NCBI GenBank assembly: GCA_947627935.1
Contig: CANQXY010000006.1
Coordinates: 1 to 58,807 of the forward strand
Source of the DNA: an uncultured Clostridia bacterium
GTDB taxonomy: Bacteria; Bacillota; Clostridia; TANB77; CAG-508
Direction of reading: 5' to 3'
Length of the DNA: 58,807 nt
Each line of letters begins with the position of its first letter. The stretch's first letter is position 1. Below, one piece after another: positions 52,141-58,807 of the stretch. The translations under genes and the position numbers were made by a program. The notes under the pieces were generated by a model that made no database searches, was not told the DNA's origin, and saw only the letters and a list, made by a program, of their open reading frames with translations.

Positions 52141-53851
52141 TTAAATTTCTTGAGTAATTTTTTTAATTTCTTCAAATCTTTTTATTTTTTGTGTTGTTGT
52201 TTTTATCATAGGTTCATCTGTTATTATTAATTTCTTTATATGTTTATAATTTGTTAGTCCTGAATTAATTTGTTTAATATCTTGCCATATTTTATTATGA
52301 ATTTCTTCTTCTGATAAATTTTCAAATAATTCTTTATTATATACTATTTTTACTGATAATAATAAATCATCATCTTTAGGATATCCAAAAACCATACTTT
52401 CTTGAACATAATTTAATTCATTTATTAAAAGTTCTAATTCTTCTGGATATATATTTTTACCATTTTTTAATACTATTACATTTTTCTTTCTTCCTGTTAT
52501 AAATAAATATCCATCTTTATCAAAATATCCTAAATCTCCTGTATGAAACCATCCATCTATTATAACTTCATTTGTTGCTTCTTCATTTTCATAATATCCG
52601 AAGCATAACATTTGGTCCTTTTGCAATTACTTCTCCAATGCCATCTTTATTTGGATTATCAATTTTTACATCAACATTAACTAATGGAAAACCTACTGAA
52701 CCATATCTTATGTATTTATCATTTTCTGCTGATATTACAGGTGAAGTTTCAGTTAACCCATACCCTTGTACTGCTTCAATACCAAATTCATTAAATCCTT
52801 TAGAAACTTCTTTATCAATTCCGGCTGCTCCACTTACTGCTAATCTTATGTTTCCACCTAATTGATCTATAATTTGTTTGAATATTTTTCTTCTTATATC
52901 AATTCCAAATTTTAATAATATATTACTTAGCTTTTTACCAAATTTAACTTTTTTAGTCATTCCTTGTTTTTCTATTGTAATATTTATTTTTTTATACATT
53001 GCTTCTAGTAATAATGGAACACAAACAAAAATAGAAATTTTATATTCTTTTAGGTTTTCTTGTATATGTTTGATTCCATCACAAAAAGCATGTGTAACAC
53101 CATTTTTAAAAAAGAATAGAAATCCAGTCCATCCAAATGTATGATGAAAAGGCAAAAATGCAAGTGAAGTATCACTTTCATATGTTTTTATTACACAATC
53201 TAATGAATATATATTTTCTACTATGTTTTTATGTGATAACATTACAGCTTTTGAAAGAGAAGTTGTTCCAGATGTAAAAACTAATATACTCATTTTTTCA
53301 CTATCAATTTTTGCTTCTAAAAATTCTTTATTAGTTTTTATTTCTTCTTTACCTTCTTCAATTAATTTAGATAAATTTAAAATTTCACTATCATTTACAT
53401 CATCCATACATATGTAATATTTTACATTTGTATTATTATTTCTCTTAATGTTTTTTATAATATCTAAATTTTTTTCTTCAAATATTATTACATCTGCTTT
53501 ACTTCTTTTTAGTGATAATTCTATTTCAGCTTCTGGCAAACCTTTATCTAATGGAATAATTATTCCAACACCATTTGATGTTGCTAAATAACTTACGCAC
53601 CATTCATATCTATTTTTACCAATTACAGCTATTCTTTTTCCTTTAAGTCCCATTGTAATAAATCTAGTACCTAAATAATTAATATCTTTTCCAAACATAT
53701 CAAAAGTAATATTTTTATATTTTACATCTTTTCCCTGTGTTTGTTTTAATACGAAAGCAGTATTATTTGGATATAATTTTACTGTTTCATCTACTAACTC
53801 TTTTAAATTATTATACTTATTTGCATCATATAATTTTACATTTTTAATCAT
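52141..53851 (-). CDS. Long-chain acyl-CoA ligase (AMP-binding); +1 shift at CTT-CGG-A (skip base 52600), 569 aa joined
   Basis: FTSGTT and QGYGLTETSP in 52589..53851; [21 protein letters not shown] in 52141..52626; the join restores GPNVML-GYY. Confidence 0.9.
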
Positions 53852-53927
53852 ATAAAGTCTCCTTAAAATAAATTTATACTATTTTACACTATATAATAAA
53901 TAATTAATACTAAACTGACCAATAGGT

Positions 53928-54242
53928 TTATATTTGTTTACTACTTAAATTTATTATTATATCCATATTATCATCTTTTGCAGCTTTATTTTTTCTTATT
54001 TTTCCACATTTTTTACATTTAAAAATTATAACATAACCTTTTTTACCATCTATTTCTAATCCTACAGGTTCTAAAATTCCTTTACAATTTTCTAATCTAT
54101 CTCCTGGGTTTATATCTACATGTTTAGAATGTAAGCAGTTTGGGCAATGATTCCTGCATGAATATCCAAGTTTAGGTACTTTCTTTCCACAATTTTCACA
54201 TATAAATTCTTCATCTATTTCTGTAAATTTACTATTTTGCAT
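53928..54242 (-). CDS. RNHCP domain protein
   Basis: CENC, RNHCPNCLHSKHVD, PGDR, CKKC. Confidence 0.9.
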   Translation of the reverse strand: MQNSKFTEIDEEFICENCGKKVPKLGYSCRNHCPNCLHSKHVDINPGDRLENCKGILEPVGLEIDGKKGYVIIFKCKKCGKIRKNKAAKDDNMDIIINLSSKQI

Positions 54243-54259
54243 AATTATTCTCCTTAAAA

Positions 54260-55900
54260 TTAGTTTTCAAAAGCACTACCACCTAAAAATTCTCTAAGCA
54301 AAGAATTTGTTGGAATTTTATTTTTTGGTACACTTTCAAAATATTTAAGCATATTAATTAATCTTTGTGCTTCTGCATATTCTGGATTTGTATTATCTAT
54401 TTCTTTTAGTAATGGCATAACAACATCTTTTAAAGCTGCTAATTCATATATCAATGATGTATTAAAAATACTATCTGCATCTTCTTGGAATGGAAATATA
54501 TTTTCTGTTTCACCTTTATTGACTTTATGCCAAGTTCCTATAGTATGTTTTGCCGAATATCCTCTAAACTGATAATCTCTTGCAATTCTTCTTATTAGTC
54601 GTGTATCAGTAGTTGCTATTCTGTTATAATAATCCATTTTTAATACTGTTAAAGCACTTATATATATTTTATATTTTTGATTTTTAGCAATTTTACTTGT
54701 TAACTTATCATTTAAGCAATGGATTCCTTCTATAACTAAAATTTCATCTTTTGCTAAAGACATCTTCTTACCATTATATCTTTTTGTTCCAACTACAAAA
54801 TCAAATTCTGGCACATCAATTTCTTGACCATTTAGTAATTTTATTAAATGATCATTGAACAGTTCTAAGTCTATAGCTTCTAAACATTCAAAATCATATT
54901 CTCCATTTTCATCTCTTGGATTATCTTGTCTTTCTACAAAATAATTATCTACAGATATTGTAACTGGTTTTAAACCATTTAATCTTAATTGAATTCCTAA
55001 TCTTTTTGCAAATGTTGTTTTTCCTGAAGATGATGGACCTGCTATTAATATCATTTTTACATCTTTATTCTTTACTATATTATCTGCAATTTGAGCTATT
55101 TTCTTTTCATGTAAAGCTTCTTCTAGCATTATTATATCTTGAATTCTATTTTCTTTTATAGCTTTGTTTAATTTATATACTGTGTTAATATTTAATATTT
55201 TATGAATATCATTATATTCATTTAAAGCCCAAGATAATTTTTTTGTTTCTTCGTATTCAGGTATTTTATTTGGATTTTTTATACTTGGATATCTTATTAA
55301 AAATCCATCATTATATTTATCCATTTTAAATACTTTTGTACAACCTGTTCTATTTGCAATAGTACCATAGCAATAATTATAATAATCTTCACAAAAATAC
55401 ATATCTATAGATTTGTTATTTGTCAAATCAAGTTGCAATTTACCTCTTAATGTATTTTCTTTTTCATAAAATTCTTCTGCTTCTTTTCTATTCATTGTAA
55501 CCTTTTTTATTTCTAAATCGCTTTCTACTATTTGTTTCATTTTATTTTGTATAGTTTTTATTATGTCTTTAGTTACTTCCATATTATCTATATTACAGAA
55601 CATAGCATCATTTAACTGATAATTAACTGTAATATCTGCATTTGGATAACATTCTTGAAATGCTTTTCCCATTATATATACAAGTGTTCTTTTATATATT
55701 TTCATTCCTTCTGTTTGACTTATATCTATTAATTCTACAGTTCCATCTTCTTTTAATTCATAATTTAAATTTTGATATTCATTATTAAATTTTGCAGCAA
55801 TAACTGTATATTCACTTTCTTTAATTTCATCTTCAAATAATTCTGAAATCTTTATTTTTTCATCAACTTTTATTTTTTTATTTTTATATTTAATATCCAT
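54260..55900 (-). CDS. Nucleoside (uridine) kinase with N-terminal ThrRS-like domain
   Basis: IAGPSSSGKTT, DNYF, IEGIH, RGYSA, IFPFQE. Confidence 0.88.
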   Translation of the reverse strand: MDIKYKNKKIKVDEKIKISELFEDEIKESEYTVIAAKFNNEYQNLNYELKEDGTVELIDISQTEGMKIYKRTLVYIMGKAFQECYPNADITVNYQLNDAMFCNIDNMEVTKDIIKTIQNKMKQIVESDLEIKKVTMNRKEAEEFYEKENTLRGKLQLDLTNNKSIDMYFCEDYYNYCYGTIANRTGCTKVFKMDKYNDGFLIRYPSIKNPNKIPEYEETKKLSWALNEYNDIHKILNINTVYKLNKAIKENRIQDIIMLEEALHEKKIAQIADNIVKNKDVKMILIAGPSSSGKTTFAKRLGIQLRLNGLKPVTISVDNYFVERQDNPRDENGEYDFECLEAIDLELFNDHLIKLLNGQEIDVPEFDFVVGTKRYNGKKMSLAKDEILVIEGIHCLNDKLTSKIAKNQKYKIYISALTVLKMDYYNRIATTDTRLIRRIARDYQFRGYSAKHTIGTWHKVNKGETENIFPFQEDADSIFNTSLIYELAALKDVVMPLLKEIDNTNPEYAEAQRLINMLKYFESVPKNKIPTNSLLREFLGGSAFEN

Positions 55901-55941
55901 ATTTTTTCCTTTCTCATTAGTTTATTTTCTATTGTATGTAT

Positions 55942-55970
55942 ATTTTATATTATAAATAAATATAAGTCAA
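55942..55970 (-). promoter_or_regulatory. sigA promoter of the nucleoside kinase gene
   Basis: TTGACT-N17-TAAAAT. Confidence 0.6.
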
Positions 55971-55976
55971 TTTTTA

Positions 55977-56006
55977 GTTATATTTTTACACTATTTGGAT
56001 ATACTT
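55977..56006 (+). promoter_or_regulatory. Putative forespore (sigF/sigG-type) promoter
   Basis: GTTATA...GGATATACTT upstream of the SspH-like gene. Confidence 0.4.
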
Positions 56007-56044
56007 ATATTAGATGGTCAAGCTTTATTATAGGAGGTTTTTTT

Positions 56045-56227
56045 ATGGATTTAGATAGAATTAATTTTATTTTAAATAATGAAGAAAAATGTGATGTTTA
56101 TTTTGATGATAGACTAGTTTGGATTCAAGGTGTAAACAATGATGTTGCAAAAGTAGGTTTTGTAGATAATTTCGAAGAAAAGGATGTATATATAAAAGAT
56201 TTATATGAAAGAAATTTAAAAAATTAG
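56045..56227 (+). CDS. sspH: H-type small acid-soluble spore protein
   Basis: AGGAGG RBS; 60 aa; MDxxR...VY...VWIQxV...V..DL pattern. Confidence 0.7.
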   Translation: MDLDRINFILNNEEKCDVYFDDRLVWIQGVNNDVAKVGFVDNFEEKDVYIKDLYERNLKN

Positions 56228-56260
56228 AAGGATTATATAATAAATCCTTCTAATTTTTAA
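56216..56260. terminator. Bidirectional terminator between the convergent sspH and GlyRS genes
   Basis: ttaaaaaattagaaggatt...aatccttctaatttttaa. Confidence 0.7.
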
Positions 56261-56290
56261 TATTTATATTTTTTGATAATAAATTTATAC

Positions 56291-57673
56291 TTAATATGAA
56301 ATTTTTTCACTTATCCATTTTTCTAATTCATCTATTTTTACTCTTACTTGTTCCATTGTATCTCTATCTCTTATAGTAACTGCATTATCTTCTAATGTAT
56401 CAAAATCAATAGTTACACAATAAGGAGTTCCGATTTCATCTTCTCTTCTATAACGTTTACCTATTGAACCTGCTTCATCATAATCACACATAAATTTCTT
56501 TGATAATTTAGTATATATTTCTTCTGCTTTTTCTGATAATTTTTTTGATAATGGTAAAACTGCAACTTTATATGGAGCCAATGCTGGATGTAAATGTAAT
56601 ACTACTCTTGTATCTCCTTCTGCTATTTCTTCTTCATCATAACTATTACATAAAAATGCTAAAACAACTCTGTCTGCTCCAAGTGATGGTTCTATAACAT
56701 ATGGTACATATTTTTCATTTGTTTCTGGGTCTTGATATGATAAATCTTGTTTTGAATGATTCATATGTTGTGTTAAATCATAATCTGTTCTATCAGCAAT
56801 TCCCCATAATTCTCCCCAACCAAATGGGAAATTAAATTCTATATCAGTTGTTGCTTTGCTATAAAATACAAGTTCTTCTGGTGAGTGATCTCTTAATCTA
56901 ATATTTTCTTTTTTTATTCCTAAAGAAATTAAAAAGTTTTCACAATAATCTTTCCAATATTTATGCCATTCTAAATCTGTTCCTGGTTTGCAGAAAAATT
57001 CAAGTTCCATTTGTTCGAATTCTCTTGTTCTAAAAGTAAAGTTTCCTGGTGTTATTTCATTTCTAAATGCTTTACCAATTTGAGCTATACCCATTGGCAT
57101 TTTCTTTCTTGATGTTCTTAATACATTTTTAAAATCTACAAATATTCCTTGAGCTGTTTCTGGTCTTAAATATACTGTTGATGTTGAATCTTCTGTTACA
57201 CCTTGAAAAGTTTTAAACATTAAGTTAAACTTTCTTATATCTGTGAAATTTGTTTTTCCACATGATGGACAAGCAATTTTATTTTTATTTATAAAATCAA
57301 TTAATTCTTCATCAGACATTCCATCAGCTATCATATCTTTTCCATTATTATGTGCCCATTCTTCTATTAATTTATCAGCTCTATGTCTTGTTTTACATTC
57401 TTTACAATCTATTAATGGGTCTGAAAATCCACCAACGTGTCCTGATGCTACCCATGTTTCTGGATTCATTAATATTGCAGCATCTAATCCTACAATATTT
57501 GGTTGCTCTTGAATAAATTTCTTTCTCCAAGCTGCTTTTACATTGTTTTTAAGTTCATTTCCTAATGGTCCATAATCCCAAGTATTTGCTAATCCTCCAT
57601 AAATTTCAGATCCTGGATAAATAAATCCCCTATTTTTACATAGTGATACTAAAGTATCCATTGATTTTAACAT
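56291..57673 (-). CDS. glyQS: Glycine--tRNA ligase, alpha2 homodimeric type
   Basis: [41 protein letters not shown]. Confidence 0.95.
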   Translation of the reverse strand: MLKSMDTLVSLCKNRGFIYPGSEIYGGLANTWDYGPLGNELKNNVKAAWRKKFIQEQPNIVGLDAAILMNPETWVASGHVGGFSDPLIDCKECKTRHRADKLIEEWAHNNGKDMIADGMSDEELIDFINKNKIACPSCGKTNFTDIRKFNLMFKTFQGVTEDSTSTVYLRPETAQGIFVDFKNVLRTSRKKMPMGIAQIGKAFRNEITPGNFTFRTREFEQMELEFFCKPGTDLEWHKYWKDYCENFLISLGIKKENIRLRDHSPEELVFYSKATTDIEFNFPFGWGELWGIADRTDYDLTQHMNHSKQDLSYQDPETNEKYVPYVIEPSLGADRVVLAFLCNSYDEEEIAEGDTRVVLHLHPALAPYKVAVLPLSKKLSEKAEEIYTKLSKKFMCDYDEAGSIGKRYRREDEIGTPYCVTIDFDTLEDNAVTIRDRDTMEQVRVKIDELEKWISEKISY

Positions 57674-57717
57674 AATAATTCCTCCTTTTGTTACTAAGTG
57701 TAAAAGTTTTATATATC

Positions 57718-57925
57718 AAAAAAACTTTCATACCTAGCATAATAAAATAATTAGCTAGGGACGAAAGTTTTGTTTCCGCGTTTCCACCCTAATTCTTAAC
57801 AAAATGTTAAGCACCTTAATTTAATATTGCTCCAAAGCTCCCAATACTAATTTATTATTGGTATTCCACCATCACCAATTCTCTAAAAAATAAATTTACT
57901 AGTATTTTTTCTTCTTCTACGCAAT
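57718..57925 (-). promoter_or_regulatory. Glycine T-box riboswitch
   Basis: Stem I with AGAGA and GGTGGA loops; T-box AATTAGGGTGGAAACGCGG (57776-57794); terminator hairpin 57718-57772; directly upstream of GlyRS. Confidence 0.88.
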
Positions 57926-57940
57926 TAATTTATTGCATAT

Positions 57941-57969
57941 ATTTTATTATCATAAATTAAAAAAGTCAA
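57941..57969 (-). promoter_or_regulatory. sigA promoter of the T-box/GlyRS transcript
   Basis: TTGACT-N17-TAAAAT. Confidence 0.65.
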
Positions 57970-57986
57970 TATTTTTTTTAAAATTA

Positions 57987-58015
57987 TTGCCAAAGAAAAA
58001 AATATATGCTAATAT
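57987..58015 (+). promoter_or_regulatory. sigA promoter of tRNA-Trp
   Basis: TTGCCA-N17-TAATAT with extended TGn. Confidence 0.6.
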
Positions 58016-58036
58016 ATTAAATAGTTGTTAATTTAT

Positions 58037-58111
58037 AGGGGTATAGTGTCAATGGTAGCACATCGGTCTCCAAAACCGCCTGTGAGGGTTCGAGTCCTTC
58101 TACCCCTGCCA
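58037..58111 (+). tRNA. tRNA-Trp(CCA)
   Basis: AGGGGTA/TACCCCT acceptor stem, CTCCAAA anticodon loop, TTCGAGT, G discriminator, encoded CCA. Confidence 0.95.
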
Positions 58112-58119
58112 AAAAATTT

Positions 58120-58152
58120 AAGGGGTTATCTTTATGATAACTCCTTTTTTTA
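58120..58152 (+). terminator. Intrinsic terminator of tRNA-Trp
   Basis: aaggggttatc-tttat-gataactcc followed by a T run. Confidence 0.7.
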
Positions 58153-58166
58153 TAGAGGTGATTTAT

Positions 58167-58755
58167 ATTCAAAAAACATTTATTTCAATTATATTTATGG
58201 TAATTTTTATTTCAGTATTTTTTATTCCAGTTTTTAGTAATAATTCAAACTTTAATTCTAATGAATTTAATCAAATAATAGAATTTACTCCAACAGATGG
58301 ATTTATTTGGCCTGCTCCAGGTTATACAAGAATAAATTCATATTTTGGTAAAAGAAACGCTCCTACTTCTGGTGCTTCAACATATCACAAAGGAATTGAT
58401 ATTGGGGCTCCACAAGGAAGTAAATTTGTAGCTGTCACTGATGCTGAAGTTACATTTGTAGGTTTTCTAGGCGGTGGTGGTTATACAATTACTATTTCAA
58501 CTGGAAACATGAAAATTTCTTATTGTCATTGTTCTCCTAACTATATTGTTAAAAAAGGAGATATTGTAAAAAAAGGACAAATTATTGGTGAAGTTGGTCC
58601 AAAAAATGTATATGGAGTTCCTGGAAATAGATATAAAGATTCAAATGGAAATCCTACTAATCGGAGCAACTACAGGTCCTCACTTACATTTTGGAATTAG
58701 AGTTAATAATCAATATGTAAATCCTTTAAATTATTACAATAATAACCACCCGTGA
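58167..58755 (+). CDS. M23 metallopeptidase; +1 shift at AAT-CGG-A (skip base 58662); start uncertain (ATT 58167 or ATG 58134)
   Basis: WP, INSYFGKR, HKGIDIG, YCHCS in frame 0; [22 protein letters not shown] in the +1 frame, ending at TGA 58753-58755. Confidence 0.85.
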
Positions 58756-58807
58756 AACGGGTGGTTTTCACTTGCCCTATAAGGGCATATAACATTGCAG
58801 CACCTGA
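58744..58807. mobile_element. Probable end of an IS200/IS605-family element, cut by the window edge
   Basis: GC-rich hairpins aaccacccgt-gaa-acgggtggtt and tgccct-ata-agggca, resembling from memory Firmicute IS200-type ends; no transposase visible. Confidence 0.5.

Noticed and set aside
52598-52630. Internal Shine-Dalgarno or hairpin stimulators at the shift sites
   Set aside because: GGA/AGGA occur upstream at inconsistent distances and I saw no shared downstream structure
7659-53851. Treating 7659..8645, 28843..29418 and 52141..52626 as independent genes or ordinary pseudogene halves
   Set aside because: Their called starts lack an RBS and their N-termini are non-homologous up to the CGG site; all join upstream ORFs by the same one-base skip
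713-57512. Many short + strand ORFs and nested - strand ORFs in the track (e.g. 713..979, 14615..14938, 47412..47975, 25633..25926)
   Set aside because: Antisense or alternate-frame shadows of real genes; Phe/Leu/Ile-rich, no RBS, no motifs
58025-58237. 70-aa ORF
   Set aside because: Overlaps tRNA-Trp and its terminator
8590-58664. CGG reassigned to another amino acid (Gln or Trp, as in some Firmicutes)
   Set aside because: Any triplet reading stays in frame 0 and hits a stop within 0-12 codons, losing essential motifs
1-58807. CRISPR array, prophage, integrase at the tRNAs, invertible promoters
   Set aside because: No spaced direct repeats, phage genes or recombinase seen; the inverted repeats are short and sit at gene ends like terminators

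Overview
Very AT-rich (about a quarter GC or less, by eye) bacterial chromosome segment, most consistent with a spore-forming Clostridia-class Firmicute (T-box, SspH-like gene, sigA promoters; taxon is inference). About 44 kb on the minus strand is a cell-envelope glycopolymer locus: an ABC-exported (Wzm/Wzt) polysaccharide operon with a WbdD-like methyltransferase/kinase, a teichoic-acid-like system (TagD/B/F, TagG/H, LCP), a lipid-linked sugar decoration cassette, several GT-C-like membrane proteins and two acyltransferases. The rest holds housekeeping genes (tRNA-Leu, metG, acyl-CoA ligase, nucleoside kinase, T-box-controlled GlyRS, tRNA-Trp, M23 peptidase) and ends in a probable IS200/IS605 end. 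Main finding: four unrelated genes (wzt, a sugar isomerase, the acyl-CoA ligase, the M23 peptidase) are each broken by the same one-base shift, NNT-C-GGN. An in-frame CGG sits exactly where a Gly codon (GGN) begins in the +1 frame. My manual scan found no other in-frame CGG in any gene here, while AGG, CGA, CGC and CGT are used normally. This suggests CGG is not read as Arg but acts as a general +1 frameshift signal. Sequencing or assembly artefact must still be excluded.
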